A stretch of 60,000 nucleotides of DNA from Felis catus (GCF_018350175.1 NC_058368.1:119848001-119908000); one strand, 5' to 3'; numbered from the stretch's first letter, positions 36,457-49,874 are shown. The notes: generated by a model from the sequence alone, not told the origin. Numbers and translations: made by a program.

Positions 36457-36559
36457 ACCCAACTCTTCGGCTCAGATCATGCTCTCACAGTTGTGGGTTC
36501 AAGTCCCGCATCGGGCTCTGCACTGACAGTGCTCAAAATAAATAAACATTTTTTAAAAA
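36447..36559 (+). mobile_element. Headless, internally deleted Can-SINE fragment
   Basis: ttggttaagtacccaactcttcggctcagatcatg...gggctctgcactgacagtg joined directly to ctcaaaataaataaac. Confidence 0.85.
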
Positions 36560-36607
36560 GGAAATAGTGTCTTTGCAGATGTGGTCATGTTAAAGTTAGT
36601 TTATACT

Positions 36608-36818
36608 GGGGCGCCTGGGTGGTTCAGTCGGTTGGGCGGCCGACTTCAGCTCAGGTCATGATCTCTCAGTCCGTGAGTTCGAGCCCCGCGTCGGGCTCTG
36701 TGCTGACAGCTCAGAGCCTGGAGCCTGTTTCAGATTCTGTGTCTCCCTCTCTCTGACCCTCCCTCATTCATGCTCTGTCTCTCTCTGTCTCAAAAATAAA
36801 TAAATGTTAAAAAAAATT
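36608..36818 (+). mobile_element. Young felid SINE
   Basis: Full length, intact gttcgag B box; perfect TSD aaagttagtttatact at 36592-36607 and 36819-36834. Confidence 0.97.
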
Positions 36819-38464
36819 AAAGTTAGTTTATACTGGATGAGAGTGGATCCTAATCCAATGACTGGTATCTTTATACAACAAGAGAAGTTTAGACACAGAC
36901 ACACAGAAGAGAATGCCGTGCGAAGACGCAAAGATAGAAGTGACATACAGGGAGAATATTTTGTGGCTATAGAGGCAGAGATTGGAGTGACATGTCTGCA
37001 AGCCAAGGATGGCCAAGGATTGTATTGTCAGCAGACCCTGGGAGCTAAAAGAGAGGCTTAGAGCAGATTCTTCCTCTGAGAAGAAATTGCCCTACTGACA
37101 TCTTGATTTTGTACTTTTGGCCTCCAGAACTGTGAGAAAATAAATTTCAGTTGTTTCAAGCGACTAGTGTGTGGTAATTTGCTCTGGTAACCCCAGGAAA
37201 TTAATGTACTGTGTAAGATAACATAGTCACGGATTGTGGGGATAGAAATCTTTGGGGGACCATTATTCAGCCCACCTACCACACACATTGCTTAGTCTTC
37301 CCTACCCCACTCTCTCCATGCAGGACTCTCTGGTAAGTACCAAAGCATAAGTGGTAGTTCTGGAAATGAAGATAAATGAGACTTACTAATATCCCACCCC
37401 AATTCTAAGGTGGTAGAGCAAACTCAGGGTCCCCTTACTCTACACTGTGTATGTGCAGTGAACTCAAATAGTATGACAGCCAGAGGGCCAGGCCTGAGAG
37501 GCAGGCCTTGTGTACCCCCTTGCTGCCTTACTGCAAGGGCAGAGTAGAGTCCAGTCTTCCACACACAGTACTCTGACCCACCACTGCAAAACACGGCCTG
37601 AAAAATGTCTCAGGATCTACTGGATCCTTTTAATAACACTTCTTCTGGGGAAAGAGAGTAGGAAGATAGAAAAAAATGTATAGAAACTTTATATATAACA
37701 GCCCCCTCATCCACTTGAAGATGGGGGAAATGCTATTCCCTATCAACTGATGTGGAAACAAAGAAAAATGAGGAGAAGGCCCTCACCTCACCTCACCAAT
37801 AGTAATAGGCATCCAATAAATATCAATTAGTATTGATATTATCATCATGTTAATAGCTATATTCTGCCTTTTCCCACACTCTAGATGGTTGACTATGTGT
37901 CTACCCTTCATATTCAGTGAATACTCCATCCCTGTCAGTTTGGAATTGTGTATGATCTGGTTGGCAAATCTTCCGATAATGGGGAATATCCCTCAAGTGT
38001 AATTGTACATGGCAACCCCTTCTTATCTGTGTCACAGGAATACCAAGACCATGATACATCTGAGTTGGCAGATGTGGACATGCTTTGAAAAGAGAAAAGC
38101 AGAAATATATAATTATGAACAAAAAATGAGTAGGCAAAACCGATGGGCCTTATTCTTTGTTGAGAAGCCAGAAGAGTGAATTTGGCACCGTTGCGTGTTG
38201 GGAGTATTCTGTGATGAATCTCACTGTGGTAAAGAGGTGGCAGGTGGAAATCTACACTCGAGAAAAAGGTAGGAGTGGTCCCTGGACCCCATCTACACGG
38301 CTGCATGAAGACTCTCCCATGGCTGAACTGCCCTGCACTTCAGCAGATGCAGAACTGGCCAGAACACAGCTTTCAGGGAATCCAGGCGTTTGGCTTCCAT
38401 TCTTTGTCAGGAATGAATTAAGCCAGATCTTGCTCGTACCATGAGTAGAGTTTAGAAATGAACA

Positions 38465-38675
38465 GTAATAGTAATAATAATACTTAGTTCATATTTATTG
38501 AGTACTTTGTTGTAACAAGTGCTCTCTTAAGCCCTTCACACATTATTATTTTCCTCATGGGGAAACTGAGGTTAAGTAATTTGCCCAAGATCACAGGTAT
38601 AAAATATCAAAGCCAACAACTTTGAACCTACAACTTTCTAACTCCAAAGGCCAAGCTTTAAGCCATCTTACAGTA
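38465..38675 (-). mobile_element. MIR
   Basis: atatttattgagtact...atggggaaactgaggttaagtaatttgcccaagatcaca...actccaaaggcc. Confidence 0.8.
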
Positions 38676-41324
38676 ATTGGCTCTGGAAATTAATATTCCA
38701 TGTTAAATAATACTCATTTGATTTTAGTGTTTTCTCTGTAAAATGTGGTCTGGAAATTATGGTACAATCAAGAGAAAGTTTAAACATGGTTTCTTATAGA
38801 CCATGATTTGCTGGAGATTGGGGTGAATTCAGGCCAGTGAGAATGTCATGAGCTGAAAAGACTTTCCTAGGACCCTGTGATGTTTAGAAAATTACTTTCC
38901 AGGTTGCCTTAATCCCTGCTGTCACAGCATGAACCTCATTCCTCTCGTTCTGTCCTCAGTAGAGATAGTGACCTGCCGGTAACTATTTCCACAAAATAAG
39001 CCTTCATTGTACCTGAAGACTTCTTTGGACCCCTGTCTTAGTTTCCTTTCTATCTAACACATGAGAAGGCTCATCCTGCTAAGATGGGGACTTAGGTTCT
39101 GCTTTTCACAGGCTCCCCTGGTAGCTGTGAACTTGCAACTCCAGGGCCACACATTCTAGCAAGTGTCTCCTCCACAGGAAGCTGGTTCCCTGATGACACG
39201 GCTTCTTTGGGCTTTTGTTGGCAAACAGCTCTGTTTTTCACACAATTGATTGGGAGAGCAGAAGGCAGCAGTGGGGTTCTCCCGAAGAATGCTCGGAAAG
39301 ACCCAAGACAATAGGGCTCTCTGCTCAGGCTGTGAGTCTTACCTCTCCCTTGTAGCCTCTTGGAAGCTATTGGTGGTACTAAGCCCCACTGGCAATCATA
39401 GTTAATTTTGAGTGTCCAAGCGAGTAGATGAAAAAGCTGATCTTGATTCTGTTTTCAGGGCAGATTTGCTAAAAAGCAGGAAAATTGTTGAACTCTTTCA
39501 TTCTGGTGAAATACATTGTACATACCCTGCAACCAAGGCTATTTGCATTAGCAAATGATGTGACTGTCCTAGTCCTTGTGCCTGACCACAGTGAGAATTA
39601 CTTGATAGCTAGGAATCACCCTGAGAATTCCCAAAGCTATTTCAATGTAATAAAAAGAAACTCACACCAAGCACACAGTGATTTTACTTTGGACAAAGGT
39701 TGTTCTAGCCCTATGCAGTGGCTCAGAGGCAGTGATTGATGTTTTCCCATCACGAGGCACAGTTGGTTAGTTCCTTACTTTGTCTCAAATTTATTGTCAC
39801 TGAAGGACATTAGTTTGTTACAATATGCCAAGAAGGGCAGAAAAAAAGTCCTTAAAGGTCATATAGTTATTAATGAATTGAACTGACGAAAGGATTTAAA
39901 AATCACCTCTGTGGTAGGGCATCTTTTAAATGCCTTACCTCAATGATCTCTTCTAAAAATCTCCACTTACAAGTGACACCTGTCTCCCCCAGTTGTCAAA
40001 AGGCAAGATCCCCCCCTCCTTATTATCCTGTGCTCCAGATGCACTAGTTATGGTTTATCTCCTTTCATGATAAACACATACATCACATTGGTGTGAATAA
40101 TCAAGCAGGCACCTGTTTCATAAAACCTGGCCAACAACATCCACTCAGTAACAACCAATGGAGGGGCAAGAATGGTTTGATGGTGTTGGAGGGTGAACGC
40201 TATGAGGAAGGCAGAGGGGTGACGCAGGGGAGATCCCAACAAAGTCTGTGATGTGCCAGTTGACACAAGCCCCTCCTGGGAGCTTCCTTCTCCTTGACGC
40301 CTACCTCCCTATGCAACTATGCACAGAATACCTTTTTGGTTAGTCTCAAACCTGATACTTTGGGGATTTGGAGGCTGAAATCCTGCTCCTGATCCCCTCC
40401 CAACTGACTGATCAGTCTTTATCAGTAAACCCTATTAGACTATCTCAAACGGGTCACAAGGGCAGGATTTTTAGCTGATCTTTAAAGGTAGAACTTGGAT
40501 CCCTTGGCCCTGTGGTTAGGTGAGTAAAGAGCAGGAAGTCTTGTGGCAAAGCCTAGGAAGGGAATGAGCAGGTATTTCATTGTAGAGTTCATGCCTCTTT
40601 AGGAAAGGTAGGGGGAAGGCAGGCAGTTGGGAAAATGGCATGCTGTAGGGTTATCAGAGTCTCCAAACTTTTCATACTATTTCTTCTAGTATTCTTTTTT
40701 TTTCCTCTCCCACCATTCAAATTTTGGATTGAAAGTATTAGAATAAATAACACAGAAAATAGTTTCACTTAGGCTTCTTTAGAAATTCATCACTTAAACT
40801 CACTGAATTCATGTTTAGTATAAAGTGGAAATGTTAGAGCCTTGAATGACCACGTATGTTTAAAGGCTATTGATCTCAGCTACTTTTTCTTACCGTTGCT
40901 CTTCTGCACATTGCCTAGTGGGGTAAGGCACAAAACCAAGAGCAGAAGGGCTGGTATTTGAATAATCTTTGTAAACAATCACTGGCTCCTCATATCCCTG
41001 GCAGAGAGCATCCTCATTGGAACACTATTTTGGATACCATAACTTGGTGGGATTCCCAAGGCCAAGCTGCACTGTATGGTTTAAGCACCTGGGCTCCAGT
41101 CAGATTGTTCTCAGAACAAATACTCACATAAGCCTATGTATAACTACAAATCCTTCCTAATTTCTGGGAAATGTATTAGAAATGAACCCTTGGATCATTT
41201 GCTATATTAACTCTTAAAAGTTTTTCACTCTGTTTGATTTACCAATTCGGCAGTAATGATGGGATAAAGCAAGACACTGTAGTTTGGTGAAAAAGACCTC
41301 TGAAGTGGGGATATACCAGTCACA

Positions 41325-41820
41325 TCATGCCTTCTCAGAGCTTCCCATTACACCTAGAATAAATCCACACTACTTACCCTGGCCTCCTGGGCTCTAAGTT
41401 ATGTGCCCTCTGCCTGTGGCTCTAGCCTCACCGTCCATGATTACCTTCACTGCCTCTTACATTCCCACCTTACATTCCCACTGTCCTGATTTCTTTTATT
41501 TGATTCCAGTGCTCCAGTTGTCTTCCTATTTTATTGCACCCTAGATCTTCACATAGCTGACATTTGAATTTCATGTCAAATGCACCTTCTTCAGACAGAC
41601 CTTCCCTGATCACGTTGTATAGCAACAAGCTCTCTCTTGTGTCAGGTTTTGTTGTTATTGTTGTTGTAATTCCTTTTTTATTTGTCTGTCATCTATCTTG
41701 TCTCCCCAGAACACATGCTTTAAGAGGACAGGATCCTCACTTCTCTTACTCACCTTTATAGCCCCAGTGACTGGCACATAAACATGTTTAATCAATACTA
41801 CTCAATAGTTGAGTGAATTG
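41325..41820 (+). mobile_element. L2 3' region
   Basis: cttcccattacacctagaataaatcca; gaccttccctgatcac; agccccagtgactggcacata. Confidence 0.75.
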
Positions 41821-41935
41821 GAAGTCAAAAAATCTATGTTCTGTCCCGTCTCTCGCATTATTGTGTCAATTTCTAGAACTCTCTAGGCCTCAGTTTCACC
41901 TTTTGTAAACTAAAGAATGTGAACCAGATTTCTAA
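41820..41935 (+). mobile_element. MIR fragment
   Basis: ctctctaggcctcagtttcaccttttgtaaa. Confidence 0.55.
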
Positions 41936-42099
41936 GTTGAGTTTCACATTGGACTTTAAGTTTACATTGGTTGTGCTTCATTAAATTCTGTTTCACATTA
42001 TGAGCATAGAAGACTATTTCCACAAAGGTATACCATAGTTCAATTTGTAAACAGCTTCCATGACTGAGTCTTTGACATAGTTCTTAGGACAACTGTGTA

Positions 42100-42500
42100 A
42101 CCCATCACTCATTCAACAATCACTCTGAGAATCAGGCACAATATTAGACTTTGGGACTATAACAATGACCAAGACCTTCTCTGCCTCAAGTTTCTTACAC
42201 TCTCAATAAATCAGCAATTAACAATAGCGATTTCAATACAGTAATGAGTACCAAGATGGGGGAGTATCTATGATGGCCCACAGGCAGAATACCTAATGCA
42301 AATGAGACATCAGGGAGACTTCCATATTGTGACAGTTCAAATAAGACTGGAAGGGTAGTGTTGCCCAGGTGAGGATGAGGAGGGGAGGGGTGTATCAGGA
42401 AGAGGCATTAGCATGTGTGAAGACCTCTAGGGAAGAGAGAATATGACCTGTTTCAAGAAGCTTTATAGTTAGAAAGGCGGGAGCAGAGAGTTTAAGAAGT
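42100..42500 (-). mobile_element. L2 fragment
   Basis: cactcattcaacaa...ctctgcctcaag...agcatgtgtgaagacct. Confidence 0.65.
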
Positions 42501-43176
42501 AGATGACTAAGAAATGTAGCTAAACATCGCTGTGCACAAGGCTCTTGCAAAGCAAAGGGAAGATCATCTTAGGTTGTTTGGCTCTCTGGTTCCTAAAAGA
42601 GGCCTTCATTAATGCCTTCTCAGGCACAAGGTCCAGAGTAGGATCAATTGTATGGTCTGTGTGTCTGTTAAATAACTTATTCTCTATGATAGTAGCTTCT
42701 TAAATCTATTTCTATAGAAGTTAGATTAGTTCCACCTTGCTATTTCATATGACTTTCATAATACCCTACTCATAACTTCATATTTAACTGAGATAATTCT
42801 AGGGGACTATTTGCAAAAAGGACATTCCTCTTTTTTCCCTATAGAATATAGAAAATAACTCTAGCTAACGCCATGGATTTTCAAACTGTGCTACTTCCCA
42901 ATAACATGGACTTATTCATTCCTTTGTGACATTTGGTTTTTATCCTGCTTGACCTGTTGTGTCAAGTTCCTCAGGTTCTCAGCCCATGTCGTCATGGTAC
43001 TAGGGATCTGGTACCAGGCAATACATATACTGTTGGGAAAATGACATTTCAGAGATTTCTTTTTTTCCCTCAAAGCCTTGATCGTGCCTTGAACAGAAAA
43101 AAAAAATGTTTTCTTGTTCTCATTTGTAAAAGTCTGATAACTTGAAACTTTTGCTTAATATATATAAATACAGTCC

Positions 43177-43555
43177 TGCTAGAAACTGAGTATTTGGGGA
43201 CCATGCCTCCCCACCCCCAATACACATGTTGAAGTCCCTCAGAATATGACTATATTTGGAGATAGTCTTTAAAGGGGTAATTAAGGTTAAATGAGGTCAC
43301 ATGAGTGGACCCTTATCGAATTTAACTAAAGTCCTTAGAAGAAGAGATTAGGACCCAGACAGGCACAGAGGAAAGACAGTGAGAAAACAGAGGTGGAAGA
43401 CAGCCTGCAAGACAAGAAAAGGAGCCTCAGAAGAAATGATCCTGGTGACCTCTTGATCTCAAATTTTATCCCCTACAACCATAATGAAATATACTTTTGT
43501 TGTTTAAACCACCCAGTCTCTGGTACTTTTATGACAGTCCTCACAAACTAATACA
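43177..43555 (+). mobile_element. MLT1A/B-like solo LTR
   Basis: atgttgaagtcc...tatttggagatag...gttaaatgaggtca...gttgtttaaaccacccagtct...aaactaataca. Confidence 0.88.
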
Positions 43556-44789
43556 AGCTCTATCCCATTTCTTAAGTGAATAAATTGAAGATTACAGGTA
43601 ATTCATTCATTTATCAACTGCCTCGTATATCTTTTATTAATTTAGAGCAAAATGTTTATGTGTATTTTTCAGGAATGTATTATCAATGTTTCTGTCAAGA
43701 ATGTTATCAGCTTCCCCTAGGAGTCTGCAAGACTCCTTGAAGGGGAAGAGAATCAAGGAATATAAGAAAGATTAGAATAAAGAGAATTTCCTACTTATTA
43801 GGAAAATGGTACTTACTATAGTAACATTAGTCATTCATCTTTAGAGCATGGCCAAGATGGAGAATCCTGTGATCTGAGGTTATACCATAAGCTTTGGAAT
43901 GAATACATAGTTTATGATTTATAAGATTTGTAAGTACTCTCTCTTGAATGGACAGGTTACTAGGGGTTTAACTGGCTCTGGAGAGCCAGGTTCCAGTTTG
44001 AGGTCTGTCATTAGGTCTGTGGAACCTTTACCACTGCTTTTCTGTGTGGATTTTACAGTCTTCATCTGTGAGCTGAAGGGATTGGGCTTGATGACCTTAT
44101 AGGTCTATTTTATTTGTAACATTCAATGTAGTTAAGTGTCCCCAGTGGGCTAATATGGTTGAGAAACATTTCACACCTATAAAGATTTTTGGTGGGTTTA
44201 AAAGCCATCCATATGGTTACAAGTTATAGAAGTCAATATTTAGAAAAACTTCTCTCTGCTTCCAAACTTTCAAGGTGTTAGTATAGGTATCTTAAACTGT
44301 CATTTCTTCAGTACTCCTTTAGTCATTTCATCCATATTGTCCTCTCCATGGGGTCAGTGTTATATGGTACTATAAAATGAATCTATCTACTGATTGATAG
44401 TATGAAAAATGCTACATACTCTCAGAACTCAAATAGGTTGTCATGGTAACTGATGACATTTCTATCCTGCAGAGTGCACTAGGAGTGCATGGCCTGTGTG
44501 TCCCTGCAAACTATTTCATGTTATTTTTGCAATGGGAAATCTTGAGCCAGTAGTAGTGGGAAGATAGGAGGTTGTCCAGCTCAAATCTTCACTTTCTAGG
44601 CTTAACTTAGGCAAAGAAAATGTCTTCTTAATCATTGAATCCCTAGGCCTTACATTAGAGTACACACTTAATACATGATTTTTGTGTAAGTCAATGAATA
44701 AATGTCAGAATCTTGCTGGTACATGAACTTCTGTATAAAAGACGATCATTTTAAACCTGGAAAGTTTTATTTATCACAGGAGATAGATC

Positions 44790-45262
44790 ATTGTGTGTTT
44801 TACTGCCAGCATCTACTAACACTCCAGTTTTCTTCTGGGATATGATTCCAACGCTTTGTCGTGGGTTTTGGGTTGAAGTCACTTTTACAGCAACCACAAA
44901 AGTGGGGATGTGGCTTACGTCTAGCCAGTCAGAGCATTGTATTCCTGTGGCCACATTAACTGGTTTTAGACACGTGAACCTGTTACATTAACACACACTG
45001 CTGAGAAGCAGACAGATATATCCCATTTGAGCTAGTCTTAAATCTGAGTGTTGATTGATCTGAGCTATTGGCCACCATAACACCATAAATGGATCCTGAG
45101 GATGAAGTTCTCGAAGAACAGAGAAAAGCCACAGACTGGGGAGGAACTTGAACCACACCCAAAGTTCCTTTGGACTTAGCAACTTTGTGAGCCAATAAAT
45201 TCCCTTGTTGTTTAAGACATTTGGGTTGCATTTTCTGTCACTTGGAGCAGAAAACATGTCCA
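44790..45262 (+). mobile_element. MLT1K-like LTR
   Basis: agccagtcagagcatt...gtgagccaataaattccctt...ttttctgtcacttg. Confidence 0.65.
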
Positions 45263-45699
45263 TTGAAGTATGCCCCCAGCAAGCTTTGAGGAATAGTGGA
45301 AAGAATCCAGGTCCGTGGACAGACTCTTTACTATTTGATTTTGGGCTAGTACTTCTCTGAAAATGGGGCCAATTATCCTAGACTGTCCTATTTCTCATGG
45401 TTATTAAGAGGAATAAAGTTGAAAATGTATTTTGAAGTATTTTTTGAAATGTAACTACTGTTAGCTCTAAAAATTTTGACAGTAGGTACTACAAATGATG
45501 CTGAAAAGCAATGTTGTGCTGGAAGCTGCTAAGTCCATGATATTCAAATAAATATCTGTTATTTCATGCCTCATAACTAAAGGAAACCTTGTGATATGAA
45601 ACAATTGGGTGCTGAGTGAAAAGAAATTGAAGCTGCTTTTGGATTATTTCTGAATATATAGATGTTCTCATAATGTAGAATAGGTGGTAGGATTTTAAT

Positions 45700-45945
45700 A
45701 ATAATGCTAATCATTACCACTTACTTTCTGACCACATACTCTGTGCCATGTTTTACACACTTGATTTTCTAATGCCCTCAACAACTGTATGAGGGAGGTG
45801 CTATTATTTCTCCTATTATATAGATGAGGAGGTTAAGATTTAGGGACACCAGTAACTTCCTCAATGTTGTAGGGTCAGTAGGAAGCAATAGCAGAACACA
45901 AACCCAGGCTGTGTATCTCCAAAGTAGTTAGCTTTTTCCTTAACA
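45700..45945 (-). mobile_element. MIR
   Basis: aataataatgctaa...acaactgtatgagg...cctattatatagatgagga...aacccaggctgtgt. Confidence 0.75.
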
Positions 45946-46311
45946 CAAAAGTTTAGAAGAGAAATACAGGTATAGGCAAGCATTCTTCCTTATTGAGGTG
46001 CCCTGTTCTGGTAAATTGAGTTTTGCTTGCATTGGAAGATAAAAAGGCAAAAAACAGTAGCCCAAGAGTCAGTCGTGTCTATTCTGGACTCTGCCCAAAT
46101 CTGGATAAGTTACAACATTATTCTGAGACTCAGTTCCCCAAGGAGAATGCTGTGAAGATTGGATGAGGTATACCTATGATAGAAATGGGAGACATTTTTA
46201 TTAAAGGTATTCCTTGTTCAAGTCAGCACGTCTCCACTGAGGAACTGAATTGGCTTTGTTTTATAAATGACAAAGTACTTTTACTTTTTAAAAAAATTAT
46301 TTTTATTATTT

Positions 46312-46525
46312 AGAAAATATTTTTTAATGTTTATTTTTGAGAAAGAGAGAGAGAGAGAGCACGAGCAGGGGAGGGGCAGAGAGAAAGGGAGGCACAGAAT
46401 CTGAAGCAGGCTCCAGGCTCTGAGCTGTCAGCACAGAGCCTGATGCGGGGCTTGAACTCAGGAGCCGTGAGATCATGACCTGAGCCGAATTCAGGCACTT
46501 AACCGACTGAGCCACCCAAACACCC
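46312..46525 (-). mobile_element. Can-SINE (SINEC_Fc2-like)
   Basis: Full antisense body; TSD atttttattattt on both sides. Confidence 0.95.
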
Positions 46526-46540
46526 TAATTTTTATTATTT

Positions 46541-46748
46541 TTTTTAAAGTTTATTTATTTTTGAGAGAGAGTGAGATAGCATGTGAGTGGGGGAGGGGCA
46601 GAGGGAGGGGGAGATATAGAATCCAAAGCAGGATCCAGGTTCTGAGCTGTCAGCACAGACCCTGATGCAGGGCTCCAACCCATAAACTGCAAGACCATGA
46701 CCTGAGCCAAAATCAGACGCCTAACCAACTGAGCCACCCAGGTGCCCC
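46541..46748 (-). mobile_element. Can-SINE
   Basis: Ends aaccaactgagccacccaggtgcccc. Confidence 0.95.
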
Positions 46749-46749
46749 A

Positions 46750-48105
46750 GTTTTTTCTTAATTGAGATAAAATTTATGTAACATAAAATTAAGCATTTTA
46801 AAGCAAACAGTTCAGTGACAATTAGTACATTTATAAATTTGTGCAACCACCATCTCTGTCTAGTTCCAAAACATTTCCATCACTCCAAAGTAAAACTCTG
46901 TACCAATTAAACAGCCTCCGCCATTTTCCCTTCTCGCTAGCCCCTGTTAATCACAAATCTGCATTCTGTCTCTGTGGATGTATTTATTTGGGGTATTTCA
47001 TATCAGTGACATCATACCGTATGTGATCTGTGGTGTGTAGTTTGTCTCATTTAACGTAGTATTTTGACGGTTCATCCACACTGCATGTGTCAGTGCTTCA
47101 TTGCTTTTTATGATTGAGTAATATTCTGTCATATGTATATACCACAATTTGTCTATCCATTCATCCCTTGATTGATATTTGGGCTCCTTCTACCTTCTGA
47201 CTATTGTGAATAGGGAAGCTATGAATATGTGTGTACATGTTCTTGGTTGAGTATCTGAGTATCTGTTTTCAGTTTTGGGGGTATGTACCTAGGAGTAGAA
47301 TTGCAGGGTCATATGGTAGTTCTGTTTTTAGCTTTCCGAGGAACCATCAAACTGTTTTTCAGAATGCCTGAACCATTTTACATTCTCACTAGCAACGTAC
47401 AAGAGTTCCAATTTCTCTCTGTCCTTGCCAATACTTGTTATTTTCTTTTTAAAAAATATTATTATTGACAAACTAGTAGGTGTAAAGTGGTACCTCATTG
47501 TGATTTTGATTTTGCATTTTTCTAATCACTAATAAAATTAAGCATCTTTTCATGTGTTTTTTGGCCATTTGTATATATATTTTTTTTTTTTGGAGAAATG
47601 TCTACATAAGTCATTTCCTCATTTTTAAATTGGGTTTCTTGGGGTTTTTTGTTTTGTTTTGTTTTTGAGTTGTAAGACTCCTTTGTATATCCTGGATACT
47701 AAATCATATCAGATAAAGGATTCACAATATTTTCTCCAATTCTGTGGATTATCTTTTTATTTTTTGATAGTGTCCTTTGATACACAATTTTTTAATTTCA
47801 ATAAAATACAATTTATTTTTCTTTTGTTGTTTGTGGTTTTGGCATAGTGCCTGAAAATCTGTTGCCAAATAAAAAATCCTAAAGATTTACCCCTGTTTTC
47901 CTGTAAGAGTTTTTAATTTTAGCTCTTATATATTAGGTCATGATCCATTTGCATTAATTTTTGTGTATTGTGTGAGATAGAGGTCAAACTTTTTTGCATG
48001 TGGATATCCAGTTGATTCAGTATCATTTGTTGAAAGAATATTCTTTCCCCTTGAATGGTCTTGGCACTCTTATCAAAAGTCAGTTGGCCTTAGATATATG
48101 AATTA
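46750..48105 (-). mobile_element. L1MB-like LINE, 3' 1.35 kb
   Basis: ttaattgagataaaattta...ttgtgcaaccaccatc...tgtacctaggagtagaattgcagggtcatatggt...gagaaatgtcta...tgcatgtggatatccagtt. Confidence 0.92.
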
Positions 48106-49137
48106 AATTATTTTTATTTTTGTTATTACTTCTCACAAGGTTGAAGAAAAACACAAGAGAGTGATTATTGTTTTTCTTTAGCCAGTGGGGAAATAGAAGT
48201 TCAGAAGTTACATATATTAATGACAAAAATATCTTCTATTTGCTACAGGCTTCCTGTGTGCTAAACCATGCTGGCAAAGATGTACATGTATTATTTCTGA
48301 ACTACACAACAATCCCACAGAATCATGAGTCTTTTGTAGAGAAGAGGTACCATGAGGTAGAATCATACACACTGGCTTGTGCAATCCATTAATGTCATGA
48401 TCATCTTTGGAACACAGATCCTTCAACTACAAAGCTCATGCCCATTCCATTGTACCACACTGTCTTTAGCTATACAAGTAGTCATGTCTCTGCTTCTTGT
48501 CTTGTTCCCTGCTCTTTAGTAGAATTGTAGGGATCTTCCTAAAAAACAACCAAATCAAATAACTTATATGGCTCTTGTAATATTGCTTAGATTTGTCCAT
48601 TTGACATGTATTTTTTGCTCAGTTTCCAGTATACTTTGGAGAAAGAAAAAAAAAAGAAAGAAAGAAAGAAAATTGCATTGTTGCATTTTGCTTTCCTATG
48701 CCTAGATCTCAGACTACCTTTCAAACTAAACTCGGAAAGGTTAATAGGGCAATCTGTTGCATGCACCTTTTTCTGAACTCAGTCGCTGGGGTTTAAAATG
48801 CCCTTTTAGCTTACTTTACCTGATCTTTTTCTTATGACCAAAACAACAAAAATAAGTAAGAAATTCTGCCACAAAGTGATTTGCTGATTTTTTTGTCTTT
48901 CAGCCAATAGAATATCCCTTTAGCATAAAGATATACTCTTGCCAATTCATATATTGCTCTCTTGTTTATGTCTAATTTGAATGGGAAGGTTTCCCCCACA
49001 GCTGTCAAGCATTGTGTTTCTTCCTCTTTCTCTGCTGCTGTCAAGATAATGTCCTAAAGGCAGAGGTAAAATGCCTTTTATTTCTAGTTGTTATTTGTGG
49101 AGATGAAGAAGAAATAACCCACCTCATTTCTATAGAC

Positions 49138-49350
49138 CAGCACTGTCCAAAAGAACATTTTGCAGAAATGGAAATACATCTATGCTTTCTAATATTGTAG
49201 CTATCGATTACATGAGGCTATTGAGCACTTGAAATATAGCTAGTGTGACTGGGGTAATAACTAAAGTTTTAATTTTATTTAGTTTTAAATAATTTAAATT
49301 TAAAGTAGATAGCCACATGTGGCTAGTTGCTACCATTTTGGACAAGGAAG
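49138..49350. mobile_element. MER3-like hAT-Charlie MITE
   Basis: cagcactgtccaaaagaac...ggctattgagcacttgaaat...tagccacatgtggctag...ttggaca. Confidence 0.85.
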
Positions 49351-49651
49351 CCTTTAGAAATTATGACCTCTGAACTCGGTAAAGGTAGGAATGGAGTTAT
49401 AGAACAAACATAGATAAAAGTAACCCTGGTAGCTGATAAGCAAGAAACATTAGATGAGAAGTAACTGAGGGGGAATTAGCAAGGCAGAAGACAAATGACT
49501 TTTGGCAATTTTTCCATCTGCTTTAGTTTATGCATTTATGTATTTCATACTACTGTATTTGAGCACCTATTATGTATGAAGCTCTGTTCTAGATGCTGGT
49601 GATATGGTAAAGAACAATATAATTTCCTGCCTTGGTCCTTATATTTTAGTG

Positions 49652-49874
49652 CAGGGTTTCTTAGCCTTGGCACTATTTTGGGCCAGATAATTTTTTGTGA
49701 GGGGCTATCCTGTGCGTTACAGGATGACTGGCGACATCCTTGCCTCTTCTTAGTAGATGCCAGTAAACACCCCCAACTCAATTGTGATAATCAAAATATC
49801 TGCATACATTGCCAAATGTCTCCTGGGGGCAGGGGAGCAAAATACCCTCTACACACATGCCCTGAAAACCACCA
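49652..49874. mobile_element. MER20 hAT-Charlie MITE
   Basis: cttggcactattttgggccagataatt...tagatgccagta...acattgccaaatgtc; TSD ttttagtg / atctagtg. Confidence 0.88.

Larger units (their letters stand above)
36288..37208 (+). mobile_element. Inner MLT1C-like LTR with two SINE-related insertions
   Basis: gggttaaattgtgtc...gaatatgacctt/ggaaatagtgtctttgcagatgt...gaggcagagattggagtga...ggcctccagaactgtgagaaaataaattt. Confidence 0.88.
35893..37282 (-). mobile_element. Outer MLT1C2/D-like LTR, interrupted at 36288-37208
   Basis: ttctggaggtcagaagtctgaaat; ccatctcaagatccttaatcatatctgc; resumes at gtaagataacatagtcac...gggggaccattattcagcc. Confidence 0.8.

Noticed and set aside
46750..48105. Active or coding L1
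   Set aside because: Truncated 3' fragment with many stops and indels
49309..49325. Palindrome tagccacatgtggcta
   Set aside because: Intrinsic part of the MER3 element
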